From Pseudomonadota bacterium (lineage in GTDB: Bacteria > Pseudomonadota > Gammaproteobacteria > Burkholderiales > Burkholderiaceae_C), in NCBI GenBank assembly GCA_040387875.1, contig JAZKCX010000039.1:2127-66126 (forward strand): DNA of 64,000 bases, read 5' to 3'. Each line of letters begins with the position of its first letter. Position 1 is the stretch's first letter. The notes beneath the pieces are model-generated. The model saw only the letters and a list, made by a program, of their open reading frames with translations, made no database searches and was not told the DNA's origin. This document shows, one piece after another, positions 1 to 9,815 of the stretch. The position numbers and the translations under genes were made by a program.

Positions 1-1559
1 TCCTCTACATCGAAACACCCGAGACCCCGATGCATGTGGGCGGCCTGAACATCTGCGAACTGCCACCCGGCTACGAGGGCGACTTTTTCGAGGACGTGAA
101 AAAGCATGTACTGAACCGCCTGCACCTGGCTTCGGTGTTCCAGCGCAAGCTGGTGAACATGCCGTTTGAGCTGGCCAACCCGATCTGGGTCCATGACGAC
201 ACGCTGGACATCGACTACCACCTGCGCTCCACCGTGCTGCCCAGGCCCGGCAGCCGCGCCCAGCTCGACAAGCTGGTGGGCCGGCTGCATTCCAGCCTGC
301 TGGACCGCAGCCGCCCGCTGTGGGAGTTCTACGTCATTGAAGGCCTGCAGGCTCCGGCTGACGCGCCGCCCGGCAGCCGCCATGTGGCGTTTTATTCCAA
401 GGTCCACCATGCCGCGCTGGACGGCGCTGGCGGTATTGCACTGGCCGCTGCCACACTCGACGTCGGCCCCATTCCGCGTGAAGTGAAACCGCCGCCACGG
501 CGCGGCCCCACCGGCGACGCGCTAGGCATTGCCGAACTCACTGGCGCCGGCCTGAAAGCCACGGCCGCACAGGTGGCCAAGCTGGTCAAGACCCTGCCGC
601 TGGCTGCCGGTGCCGCCATTGCGTTGCTGCGCCAACCGGGCGAAGCCAAAACCAAGGGTGCACCCAAAAAAGCCGCCAGCAACTGGTTTGGCCCCAAAAC
701 ACCGATCAACGTGGCGGTGACCAACCAGCGGCTGTTTGCCAGCCTGTCGGTTCCGCTGGCCGAGATCAAGGCCATTGCCAAAGGCAACGAGGTCACGCTG
801 AACGACGTGGTGCTGGCGATTTGCTCCGGCGCGCTGCGCAACTACCTGGCCGACCGCGGCTGCGTGCCGACCGAGCCGCTCTTGGCGGCGGTACCGGTGA
901 GCCTGCGCGAAGCCGGCAACACCCAGCTCAACAACCAGGTCTCGATGATGCGCATTGGCCTGGCCAGCACCATTGCCGACCCGATGGAGCGGCTGCAGGC
1001 CATCAAGCAGGCATCGACCAAATCGAAGGCGCTCACCGGCAGCGTCAAGTCGGTGCTGCCCACCGACTTTCCGTCGCTGGGCGCGCCCTGGCTTATCAGC
1101 GGGCTGGCATCGCTGTTCGGCCGCTCACGGCTGGCCAACAAGATGCCGCCGATTGCCAACGTTGCCATCTCCAACGTGCCCGGCCCCAAGTTCGCGCTCT
1201 ACATGGCCGGCGCCAAACTGCTGACCTACTACCCGGTGTCGATTGCGGTGCACAGCATGGCGCTCAACATCACGGTGCAAAGCTACAACGGCGCGCTCGA
1301 CTTCGGCCTGACGGCCTGCCGCAAGGCTCTGCCCGATTTGCCCGAGCTGGCCAAACACATCCAGCTGGCGCACGAAGAGTTGCTGCGGCTCACACCCGCC
1401 ATCGTGGCTGACAACGCCGAGGCGTCTGCGCCTGCTGCGCCGGTGAAAGCCGCTGTGAAAAAAGCGCCCGCCAAAAAAGCGACTGTGGCAAAGAAGGTGG
1501 CGGCAAAAAAATCGCCAGCGGCCAAACCCGTACCGCGCAAACGCAAGGCCACGGCCTGA
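1..1559 (+). CDS. WS/DGAT family acyltransferase (wax ester synthase/diacylglycerol acyltransferase); 5' end lies outside the window
   Basis: The frame is open from the window edge (codons from nt 3). It carries the MHVGGL box, HHAALDGAG (the HHxxxDG active site), PLWEF and SNVPGP motifs typical of WS/DGAT. The C-terminus is a Lys/Ala/Pro-rich tail. Confidence 0.85.
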   Translation, partial: LYIETPETPMHVGGLNICELPPGYEGDFFEDVKKHVLNRLHLASVFQRKLVNMPFELANPIWVHDDTLDIDYHLRSTVLPRPGSRAQLDKLVGRLHSSLLDRSRPLWEFYVIEGLQAPADAPPGSRHVAFYSKVHHAALDGAGGIALAAATLDVGPIPREVKPPPRRGPTGDALGIAELTGAGLKATAAQVAKLVKTLPLAAGAAIALLRQPGEAKTKGAPKKAASNWFGPKTPINVAVTNQRLFASLSVPLAEIKAIAKGNEVTLNDVVLAICSGALRNYLADRGCVPTEPLLAAVPVSLREAGNTQLNNQVSMMRIGLASTIADPMERLQAIKQASTKSKALTGSVKSVLPTDFPSLGAPWLISGLASLFGRSRLANKMPPIANVAISNVPGPKFALYMAGAKLLTYYPVSIAVHSMALNITVQSYNGALDFGLTACRKALPDLPELAKHIQLAHEELLRLTPAIVADNAEASAPAAPVKAAVKKAPAKKATVAKKVAAKKSPAAKPVPRKRKATA

Positions 1560-1634
1560 ACACAACGCTTCTTTTTCAATAGCAATAAAACCAGCACGGG
1601 TGCCGGCCAGAGGCTTATTTTCCTTTAAACTGGA

Positions 1635-2345
1635 CTACCAGGGCAGCTTTTTACCCTGGTAATCCACAAAGCTGCCGCTGTCGGCTGGCGTCAGTTCATT
1701 GAGCACGTACAGCAGATCGCGCGCCGCTTCGTCAGGCGGCCGCACCTGCAAGCCCTTTTTGGCAAAGGGCTGTGAAAGCGCGGTGTCCACCGTACCCGGG
1801 TGCAGCGCAATGCACAACGCGTTACGGTTGCGCCGGGCCAGCTCAATCGAAGCAGTTTTCACCAACTGGTTCAGCGCCGCCTTGGACGCCCGGTAGCCGT
1901 ACCAGCCGCCCAGCGCGTTGTCACCCATGCTGCCGACCTTGGCCGAAATGAATCCCGCCACGCAACGCCCATTCGCCGGCAGCAGCGGAAAGAAATGTTT
2001 GAGTACCAGCGCCGGGCCAATGGTGTTGACCAGAAACACCTGCTGCAGATAGGCGGCATTGAGCTGCGACCAGCTGCGCTCCGGTTGACCGGTTGCGCCG
2101 TGCAGAAAACCGGTGGCCACCAGCAGCAGACGCAGTTCCAGCCCTTGCGCTTTGATCCCGGCAGCCGCAGCGGCCAGCGTGTTTTCATCGGCGTAGTCCA
2201 CGGCCGGCGTAGTGCGCCGCCCCAGCAGTTGCACCTGGGCATGGCGGCCATCGGCCTGCAACTGCGCGGCCAGCGCCGTGCCCAGGCCACCGCTGCCAAT
2301 CACCAGCGCCAGGCCTTTGTCCGCCGAAGTTTGCATCTCAGTCAC
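1635..2345 (-). CDS. short-chain dehydrogenase/reductase (SDR) family oxidoreductase
   Basis: N-terminal Rossmann motif VIGSGGLGTAL and catalytic YRASKAALN (YxxxK). The length of 236 aa fits SDRs. Confidence 0.8.
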   Translation of the reverse strand: MTEMQTSADKGLALVIGSGGLGTALAAQLQADGRHAQVQLLGRRTTPAVDYADENTLAAAAAGIKAQGLELRLLLVATGFLHGATGQPERSWSQLNAAYLQQVFLVNTIGPALVLKHFFPLLPANGRCVAGFISAKVGSMGDNALGGWYGYRASKAALNQLVKTASIELARRNRNALCIALHPGTVDTALSQPFAKKGLQVRPPDEAARDLLYVLNELTPADSGSFVDYQGKKLPW

Positions 2346-3759
2346 GCAGCAGCCGCACCTTCACGCTTTTGCCCTTGACTTTGCCGGCGTTGAGCCGGTC
2401 CATCGCGTCATTCGCAATCGCGCGGTCCACCGCCACAAAGGTGCAGAAGTCGGTGACGTTGATCTTGCCCACCTGCTCGCGGGTAAAACCGGCATCGCCC
2501 GTGAGTGCACCCAGCACATCGCCGGGCCGGATTTTTTCCTTGCGTCCGCTGAGGATCTGCAATGTGACCATCGGCGGCAGCAGCGGCGCGGTGCTGGCGG
2601 GCGTGAGTTCGTCCAGCTTGTGCCAGACCGAGGTGATGCTCTGGTACTGCTCGATGCGGCCGACAAAGCCCATTTCGTCCATGCTGGCCAGGCTCAGCGC
2701 CAGCCCTGCTTCGCCCGCACGACCGGTACGGCCAATGCGGTGCACATGCACTTCGGCATCGGGCGAAATATCCACATTGACCACCGCTTCAAGCTGTGTG
2801 ATGTCCAGCCCGCGCGACGCGACATCGGTTGCCACCAGCACCGAACAACTGCGGTTGGAAAACTGCGCCAGCACCTGGTCGCGTTCGCGCTGCTCCAGCT
2901 CGCCGTACAGCGCCAGTGCGCTGAAACCCTGGGCCTGCAACAGCGTGGCCAGCTCGCGGCACTGATGTTTGGTGTTGCAGAAGGCCAGCGTACTGACGGG
3001 GCGAAAGTGGTTCAGAATTTTCGCCACTGCGGGCAGCCGCTCGGCGCGGGTCACCTGGTAGAAGCGCTGCTCAATCCGGTTCTCGGCCTGCTTGTCCTGA
3101 ACCTTGATCTGTTGCGGCTCGCGCATGAACTGCTGCGCAATCTTCGCAATGCCCTCCGGGTAAGTGGCCGAGAACAGCAACGTCTGCCGCTCCTTGGGGA
3201 GCTGCTTGACCACTGTGGCGATGTCGTCGAAGAAACCCATGTCCAGCATGCGGTCGGCCTCGTCGAGTACCAGGGTGTTGAGCGCCGACACATCGAGCGA
3301 GCCGCGCTGCAGGTGGTCCATGATGCGGCCGGGCGTGCCCACCACCACATGCGCGCCGTGTTCGAGCGATGCGTTCTGCATTCGCAGCGGCACCCCGCCG
3401 CACAGCGTGACGATCTTGATGTTTTCCTCGGCCCGCGCAAGGCGGCGGATTTCCACCGTCACCTGATCCGCCAGCTCGCGGGTGGGGCACAGCACCAGCG
3501 TCTGGATCGCAAAGCGGCGCGGATTCAGATTGGCCAGCAAGGCTAACGCAAAGGCGGCGGTCTTGCCACTGCCGGTTTTGGCCTGGGCAATCAGGTCTTT
3601 GCCGAGCAACGCGGTGGGCAGGCTGGCAGCCTGGATCGGCGTCATCGCGGTGTAACCCAGCCGCTGCAGGTTCTCCAGCACCGCAGGGGCCAGCGGCAAC
3701 TGGCTGAAGGCCGGGCCAGCGGTATCTGCAGGGGTGGGGTTGGAAGGCGTGTTGGTCAT
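2338..3759 (-). CDS. dbpA: ATP-dependent DEAD-box RNA helicase DbpA
   Basis: Helicase motifs AKTGSGKT, PTRELA, DEADRMLDMGF, SAT and HRIGRTGRAG are present. A C-terminal ~70 aa DbpA-type RNA-binding domain follows (ILSGRKEKIRPGDVLGAL). Confidence 0.9.
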   Translation of the reverse strand: MTNTPSNPTPADTAGPAFSQLPLAPAVLENLQRLGYTAMTPIQAASLPTALLGKDLIAQAKTGSGKTAAFALALLANLNPRRFAIQTLVLCPTRELADQVTVEIRRLARAEENIKIVTLCGGVPLRMQNASLEHGAHVVVGTPGRIMDHLQRGSLDVSALNTLVLDEADRMLDMGFFDDIATVVKQLPKERQTLLFSATYPEGIAKIAQQFMREPQQIKVQDKQAENRIEQRFYQVTRAERLPAVAKILNHFRPVSTLAFCNTKHQCRELATLLQAQGFSALALYGELEQRERDQVLAQFSNRSCSVLVATDVASRGLDITQLEAVVNVDISPDAEVHVHRIGRTGRAGEAGLALSLASMDEMGFVGRIEQYQSITSVWHKLDELTPASTAPLLPPMVTLQILSGRKEKIRPGDVLGALTGDAGFTREQVGKINVTDFCTFVAVDRAIANDAMDRLNAGKVKGKSVKVRLLRD

Positions 3760-3818
3760 GCGTGATTATCGGGACTTGCAGGCGGGGTCGCTGCAAACGC
3801 AGGTAAGCTTGATCACAC

Positions 3819-4775
3819 ATGACAACCGCTTCTGCCGCCCCGCTCTCCATCAGCCCCACCGCCCCGCTGTTCATCGTGCACAACGCTGCGTCGGGCAGCC
3901 AGGACACCGACGCCACCCGCCAGACCATTGCCGAGGTGCTGAACGCCGCCGGCCGCACCCACCATCTGCGGGCGGTGGAAAGCGGCGCGCAGTTTCAGGC
4001 CACCGTGCGCCGGGCCGTGGCCGACGCCAAAGCCAGCGGCGGTGTGGTGGTAGCCGCCGGCGGCGACGGCACCATCAATGCGGTGGCGGCGGCCACGCTG
4101 GGCAGCGGCTGCCCTTTTGGCGTGCTGCCCCAGGGCACCTTCAACTATTTCAGCCGCACCCACGGCATTCCGCTGGATGCCGCCGAGGCCACGCAGCAAC
4201 TGCTCAGCCCACAGGCCTGGCCGGTGCAGGTGGGTTTGGTCAACGAGCGGGTGTTTCTGGTGAATGCCAGCCTGGGCCTGTACCCACAACTGCTGGAAGA
4301 CCGCGAGGCCTACAAAAGCCAGTTTGGTCGCAACCGTCTCGTGGCGCTGGGCGCTGGCCTGGTGACGCTGCTGCGCGAGCACCGGCAGTTGCGCCTGCGC
4401 ATAGAGCAGGCCGACTGCACCCGCATGCAGCGCACCCCCACGCTGTTTGTCGGCAACAACGCGCTGCAGCTGGCGCAGATTGGCATGCCTGAGGCGCCGC
4501 TGCTGGAGCAGGGCCTGCTGGCCGCGATTGTGCTGAAACCCGTGGGCACGCTGGCCATGCTGGGCCTGCTGGCGCGCGGCGCGCTGGGCCGGCTGGGCGA
4601 GGACGACAGCGTGGAGAGTTTTGCGTTTCGCTCCATCACCGTCACGCCGGCATTGCCCTATGGCACGCGGCGGGTAAAGATTGCTACCGACGGCGAAATC
4701 TGCTGGCTGAAAGCGCCGCTGGTTTTCAGGGTGGCGCCGGAGCCGCTGTATCTGCTCAAGCCTGCGCCGCAATGA
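3819..4775 (+). CDS. lipid kinase with a diacylglycerol-kinase catalytic domain (YegS/BmrU-like)
   Basis: GGDGTIN motif and VLPQGTFNYF are present, and the length is 318 aa. The stop overlaps the next gene's start (ATGA at 4772-4775). Confidence 0.75.
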   Translation: MTTASAAPLSISPTAPLFIVHNAASGSQDTDATRQTIAEVLNAAGRTHHLRAVESGAQFQATVRRAVADAKASGGVVVAAGGDGTINAVAAATLGSGCPFGVLPQGTFNYFSRTHGIPLDAAEATQQLLSPQAWPVQVGLVNERVFLVNASLGLYPQLLEDREAYKSQFGRNRLVALGAGLVTLLREHRQLRLRIEQADCTRMQRTPTLFVGNNALQLAQIGMPEAPLLEQGLLAAIVLKPVGTLAMLGLLARGALGRLGEDDSVESFAFRSITVTPALPYGTRRVKIATDGEICWLKAPLVFRVAPEPLYLLKPAPQ

Positions 4776-5578
4776 GTTTGCTTTTACACGTTTCTGATCC
4801 CCACTTCGGCACCGAGCGGCCGCAGGTGGTGGAGGCCTTGCTGCGGCTGGTGCAGGCCCACCCGCCCACGCTGGTGGTGTTGTCGGGCGACATTACGCAA
4901 CGGGCGACGCGCGCGCAGTTTGCGGCGGCCAAGAAATTTGTCGAGCGGCTGGGTGATGCACCGCTACTTACCATTCCGGGCAACCACGACATACCGCTGC
5001 TCAATCCGCTGGCCCGGCTTTGCTGGCCCTACCGCAACCACTGCCGCATTTTTGGGCCGGAGCTGCAGCCGCATTACGTATCGGACGACTGGCTGGTGCT
5101 GTGCCTGAACACCACCCGCAGCTACCGGCACCAGAACGGCGAGGTGTCGCGGGCGCAGATTGAGCGCGTCGCCCAGCGCCTGGCCCAGGCTACGCCCCAC
5201 CAGTTGCGGCTGGTGGTGACGCACCAACCGGTGGCCGTGACGCAGGCACACGACCGGCACGACCTGCTGCGCGGCCATGCCCAGGCGATAACGCGCTGGT
5301 CAGAAGCAGGTGCCGACATGGTGCTGGGCGGGCATATCCACCTGCCGTTTGTGCTGCCGCTGCACACGCAGCAAAGCCTGCCCCGGCCACTGTGGGCGGT
5401 GCAGGCCGGTACGGCGGTGTCGTCGCGGGTGCGCAGCGAGGCGGGCAATTCGGTGAATCTGATCTACCGTAGCGGTAATGCATCACGCCAAGCCCGTATT
5501 GAACGCTGGGACTATGCCGAGGCACGGCACAATTTCGAGTGTGTGACCACCACTTCCATCCAGCCCCATGCCCACTGA
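4772..5578 (+). CDS. metallophosphoesterase
   Basis: Calcineurin-like phosphoesterase motifs are present: HVSDPHFG, SGDITQ, GNHD and GGHIH. Confidence 0.8.
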   Translation: MSLLLHVSDPHFGTERPQVVEALLRLVQAHPPTLVVLSGDITQRATRAQFAAAKKFVERLGDAPLLTIPGNHDIPLLNPLARLCWPYRNHCRIFGPELQPHYVSDDWLVLCLNTTRSYRHQNGEVSRAQIERVAQRLAQATPHQLRLVVTHQPVAVTQAHDRHDLLRGHAQAITRWSEAGADMVLGGHIHLPFVLPLHTQQSLPRPLWAVQAGTAVSSRVRSEAGNSVNLIYRSGNASRQARIERWDYAEARHNFECVTTTSIQPHAH

Positions 5579-6398
5579 CGCTTCCCTGCTGACCGAAATG
5601 GTCTACGGCCTGGGTTCGGGTGCGCTCGCCGCTTTTTTTGTGGCGCTGGTGCTGCTGTGCTGGACCGCCACCGGCCTGTGGGGGCTGACCCAGCACTACT
5701 GGGTGCCACGGCTGCGCAGCAGTTGGCCCCCCACGCTGTTTCTGCTGGTGCATCTGATTTTTGGGTTTGCCCTGGTGGTAGCGGCTGCCGGTGTGTTTGC
5801 GCTGCTGGCACAGGGCCTGGGCGACGGCAGCAGCGTGGCCCGGCTGGATGAAGTTTTTTCAGGTGCCATCCGGCAGAACACCTCACGCGAGACGCTGCAG
5901 GCTTTTGCGCTGCTCACCCAATTTGGTGATACCGCCACGCTGCTGGTTTTGCTGCTGGTCGTGTCGGTTGCGCTGGCCCTGCTGAACCGCCAGTGGCTGG
6001 TGTTGCCCTGGGCGCTTGCGCTGCTGGGCAACTGGCTGCTGAACGCAACGCTGAAGAATTTTTTTGCGCGGGCGCGCCCCGTGCACGAACACGAGCTGGT
6101 GGTAACCCACGGCTGGAGTTTCCCCAGCGGCCACGCCTCGGGCGCCGTGGTGGCCTACGGCATGCTGGCCTATCTGGCGCTGCGGCTGCTGCCGGCGCAC
6201 TGGGTGCGGCGCGCCGGCCTGCCGCTACTGCTGGCCGCCATCACGATTGCTTTCACCACCGCCTGCAGCAGGGTATTTTTGCAGGTGCACTATGCCAGCG
6301 ACGTGATTGCGGGAGCGGCCTCGGGTCTGGCCTGGCTGCTGGTCTGCATCTGCAGCGCCGAGCTGGCCCGCCACTACCACCAGACCCGCAGGGCCTAA
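5568..6398 (+). CDS. PAP2-family phosphatase, membrane protein
   Basis: PAP2 motifs KxxxxxxRP (KNFFARARP), SFPSGHA and SRVFLQVHYASDV are present, with several hydrophobic helices. It overlaps the upstream gene by 11 nt. Confidence 0.8.
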   Translation: MPTDASLLTEMVYGLGSGALAAFFVALVLLCWTATGLWGLTQHYWVPRLRSSWPPTLFLLVHLIFGFALVVAAAGVFALLAQGLGDGSSVARLDEVFSGAIRQNTSRETLQAFALLTQFGDTATLLVLLLVVSVALALLNRQWLVLPWALALLGNWLLNATLKNFFARARPVHEHELVVTHGWSFPSGHASGAVVAYGMLAYLALRLLPAHWVRRAGLPLLLAAITIAFTTACSRVFLQVHYASDVIAGAASGLAWLLVCICSAELARHYHQTRRA

Positions 6399-6444
6399 GG
6401 CCTGCCGCCACTGGCCGGTATGGGCTTTGCGCCAGAATAGCTGC

Positions 6445-7947
6445 ATGCCCGACCTTCCCGATTTCATTGCACCACAGCGTTTTGGCGATGCCGCCGCCGC
6501 GTTGGCGCAGGTACAGCGCATCTACGACAGCAGCATCCAGCACCTGCGAAATGCCATGCGGCGTTTTGTGACCGAGCCCGGCAGCGCTGTGCCCGAAAAA
6601 CGGGTGCGGGCCTGCTACCCGCAGCTGCGGGTGCGCACCGAATCGACCCAGCGCTCGGCCCTGGCCGCCCATGCCGGACTGAGCTATGGTTTTGTGGCCG
6701 GGCCGGGACGTTTTGAGACCACTCTCACGCGGCCGGACCTGTACGCCGACTACTATCGTGAGCAGTTCAGCCTGCTGCTGGAAAACCATGCCGTAGAGCT
6801 GGAGGTGAGCACCAGCACACTGCCCATACCGCTGCACTTCTCGTTTGCCGAACACGAACACCTGGAGGGCAGCCTGGGGCCGGAGCGCCGCGCGCTGCTG
6901 CGCGACCTGTTTGACCTGCCCGACCTGGCCGCCATGGACGACGGCATTGCCAACGGCAGCTACGAGCCCGCCCCTGGCGAGCCGCAGCCACTGGCACTGT
7001 TCACCGCGCCGCGGGTGGACTACTCGCTGCACCGGCTGCGCCACTACACCGGCACCACGCCCGAGTGGTTTCAGAACTTTGTGCTGTTCACCAACTACCA
7101 GTTCTATATCGACGAGTTTGTGCGGCTGGGGCATGCCGAAATGGCGAATCCGCAGAGCGAATACATCGCGTTTGTCGAGCCGGGCAATGTGGTCACGCGC
7201 CGTACGGGTCTGCCTGCTGAAGCGACGGACGCGCTGGGCGCTGCCTTACCCAGACCACCCCAGATGCCTGCCTACCATCTGATGCGGGCCGACCGTAGCG
7301 GCATCACCATGGTCAATATCGGTGTTGGACCGGCCAATGCCAAGAACATCACCGACCACATTGCGGTGCTGCGGCCGCACGCCTGGCTGATGCTGGGCCA
7401 CTGCGCGGGTCTGCGCAACAGCCAGCAGTTGGGCGACTATGTGCTGGCCCACGGCTATGTGCGCGAGGACCATGTGCTGGACGAAGAATTGCCGCTGTGG
7501 GTGCCGATTCCGGCGCTGGCCGAAATCCAGCAGGCATTGGAAAAGGCGGTGGCTGATGTCACGCAAATGGAAGGCGCTGACCTCAAGCGCATCATGCGCA
7601 CTGGCACCGTGGCCAGCACCGACAACCGCAACTGGGAGCTGCTGCCCGGCAACCAGCCGCAGCGCCGCTTCAGCCAGAGCCGGGCGATTGCGCTCGACAT
7701 GGAAAGCGCCACCATTGCCGCCAACGGTTTTCGCTTCCGGGTGCCTTACGGCACACTTTTGTGTGTGAGCGACAAACCGCTGCACGGCGAAATCAAACTG
7801 CCGGGCATGGCCAACCACTTCTACCGCGAGCGGGTCGACCAGCATCTGCGCATCGGCATACGCGCCATCGAGCTGCTGCGCGAAAACGGGCTGGAGCAGT
7901 TGCACAGCCGCAAGCTGCGCAGCTTTGCCGAGGTGGCATTTCAATGA
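6445..7947 (+). CDS. amn: AMP nucleosidase
   Basis: This 500 aa protein has the nucleoside-phosphorylase-like C-terminal half (MVNIGVGPANAKNITDH, MESATIAANGF, CVSDKPLHGEIKLPG) that I recognise from Amn. I chose the internal ATG at 6445, because the upstream part of the ORF overlaps the PAP2 gene. Confidence 0.85.
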   Translation: MPDLPDFIAPQRFGDAAAALAQVQRIYDSSIQHLRNAMRRFVTEPGSAVPEKRVRACYPQLRVRTESTQRSALAAHAGLSYGFVAGPGRFETTLTRPDLYADYYREQFSLLLENHAVELEVSTSTLPIPLHFSFAEHEHLEGSLGPERRALLRDLFDLPDLAAMDDGIANGSYEPAPGEPQPLALFTAPRVDYSLHRLRHYTGTTPEWFQNFVLFTNYQFYIDEFVRLGHAEMANPQSEYIAFVEPGNVVTRRTGLPAEATDALGAALPRPPQMPAYHLMRADRSGITMVNIGVGPANAKNITDHIAVLRPHAWLMLGHCAGLRNSQQLGDYVLAHGYVREDHVLDEELPLWVPIPALAEIQQALEKAVADVTQMEGADLKRIMRTGTVASTDNRNWELLPGNQPQRRFSQSRAIALDMESATIAANGFRFRVPYGTLLCVSDKPLHGEIKLPGMANHFYRERVDQHLRIGIRAIELLRENGLEQLHSRKLRSFAEVAFQ

Positions 7948-8882
7948 GCGGCGCCACCGATCCTGGCCGCAGTTGCCCGCTGGCCTACCGCTACAGCGCC
8001 GCGGTGTTTGACCGCCCGCCCGAGTTGCAGACCGAGACCCTTTATGTGGTGGGCGGCTTGTACGGCAACATCTGTGCGCTCGACGCAATCGAGGCCTTGT
8101 TTGCACACGAGGTCGGCCCCAAACGCATGGTTTTTAATGGCGACTTTCACTGGTTTGACGCCGACGCTGCGCTGTTTGCACAGGTTGACCAGCGGGTGAC
8201 CGGACACTACGCGCTGCGCGGCAATGTAGAAACCGAACTCGCCAACGACGACGACTCGGCCGGCTGCGGCTGCGCCTACCCCGACGATGTGGACGACGGC
8301 GCGGTGGCCCGCTCCAACGCCATCCTGCTGCAACTGCGGGGGGTTGCCCGGCAGCACCCTGCGTTGCGCGCCCGGCTGGGCCAGTTGCCCATGCATGCGG
8401 TAGCGCAGGTGGGCGATAGCCGTATTGGCATCGTGCATGGCGATGCGGAGTCGCTGGCGGGCTGGCGGTTCGATCCCGCCGCACTGGACAACCCGGCCGG
8501 CCAGCCCTGGCTGCAGAAGGTGTTTGCGCAGGCGGGCGTGGATATCTTTGCGTCCAGCCACACCTGCGCACCGGCTTTGCGCAAACTCGCGCCGCGGGGC
8601 TTGGTGATCAACAACGGCGCCGCCGGCATGGCCAGCCTGCGCGGGCGCAGCAGCGGTTTGCTCACGCGCATTTCACTTCACCCCGCGCCCACCGCACTGC
8701 CGGTGGTGCAGCAAATACAGTCGGGGAACACCCACATCCAGTCGGTGCGGGTGGACTTTGACAACACCCGCTGGCAGCAGCAGTTTCTGGCGCTGTGGCC
8801 AGCCGGCAGCGCAGCCCATGTGTCGTACTGGCAGCGCATCACACGCGGTTTGCCAGGCGCGGAAGAACGCGCGCTGCTGTAA
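7944..8882 (+). CDS. divergent metallophosphoesterase-like protein (hypothetical)
   Basis: Its ATG overlaps the amn stop (ATGA at 7944-7947). Phosphoesterase-like motifs are degenerate: NGDFHWFD, RGNVE, VHGD and SSHTC. Confidence 0.5.
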   Translation: MSGATDPGRSCPLAYRYSAAVFDRPPELQTETLYVVGGLYGNICALDAIEALFAHEVGPKRMVFNGDFHWFDADAALFAQVDQRVTGHYALRGNVETELANDDDSAGCGCAYPDDVDDGAVARSNAILLQLRGVARQHPALRARLGQLPMHAVAQVGDSRIGIVHGDAESLAGWRFDPAALDNPAGQPWLQKVFAQAGVDIFASSHTCAPALRKLAPRGLVINNGAAGMASLRGRSSGLLTRISLHPAPTALPVVQQIQSGNTHIQSVRVDFDNTRWQQQFLALWPAGSAAHVSYWQRITRGLPGAEERALL

Positions 8883-8936
8883 GAACTTTCCTGTATTGAC
8901 CGACCTCTGTTTTTAACCTTTTTCCTTAGGTACCCC

Positions 8937-9809
8937 ATGCTGAAACACTGGCTCCGATGGCTGATGGCATTGACTCTTTCCGCACTGCTGGCGCAGACCG
9001 CCTACGCCCAGAACACCCTGCGCCTGGGCGTAGGCCTGTTCCAGCCCGACAAGGACAAAAACGACGCCACCTACCGACCGCTGGCCGACTACATCGCAGC
9101 CAAGCTCAAGCGGCCGGTGCAGCTGCGCACGGTGGACACCTGGGAAGGCCTGGCCAAGTCGCTGGCCAGCGGTGAAACGGACCTGGCGCTAATGGGCCCC
9201 TGGGGCTATGTGCTGGCCAACCACGAGGCCGGCGCGCAGGCAATCTCCACCATCCTGTACGAAGGCAAGCCCGAGTACTTTGCCATCATGGTGACCAACC
9301 CGAAGACGGGCATCAACAGCATTGACGACCTGAAGGGCAAAAGCTTTGCGTTTGGCGACAAGGGCTCCACCAGCGGCTACCTGATTCCCTTCCACGAGTT
9401 CCAGAAACGTGGCATCAACGTGGACACCCATTTCTCCAAAGTGCTCTACACCAAGCACCAGGCCATTGAAACCCAGGTGGCACGCGGCGAGCTGGACGCC
9501 GGCGCCGACTACAACCGCAACCGCGACGCGATGATCGACGACGGGCTGATCAAGGCCACTGAGAGCAAGATCATCTGGACCTCGGCTCCGCTGCCGAACG
9601 ACGCCTTTGCCGTAAGCGCCGTGCTGGCCAAAGACACTGCACTGGTAGCGCAACTGCGCGCTGCGCTCGAAGGTATTGGCGCCGAGCTCAAGACCAACCC
9701 GGCCCTGCTGCCCAAACGCTATACCGGTTTTGTGACCAAGGACAACAGCTACTACGCCCCCATCCGCGAGGCAGGCCTGGCCACCGGCAAGCTGGTGCCC
9801 AAACGCTAA
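8937..9809 (+). CDS. PhnD-like phosphonate/phosphite/phosphate ABC transporter substrate-binding protein
   Basis: A signal peptide ends in AYAQ. The GDKGSTSGYLIP motif and overall layout fit the PhnD family. Confidence 0.75.
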   Translation: MLKHWLRWLMALTLSALLAQTAYAQNTLRLGVGLFQPDKDKNDATYRPLADYIAAKLKRPVQLRTVDTWEGLAKSLASGETDLALMGPWGYVLANHEAGAQAISTILYEGKPEYFAIMVTNPKTGINSIDDLKGKSFAFGDKGSTSGYLIPFHEFQKRGINVDTHFSKVLYTKHQAIETQVARGELDAGADYNRNRDAMIDDGLIKATESKIIWTSAPLPNDAFAVSAVLAKDTALVAQLRAALEGIGAELKTNPALLPKRYTGFVTKDNSYYAPIREAGLATGKLVPKR

Positions 9810-9815
9810 AAACCA

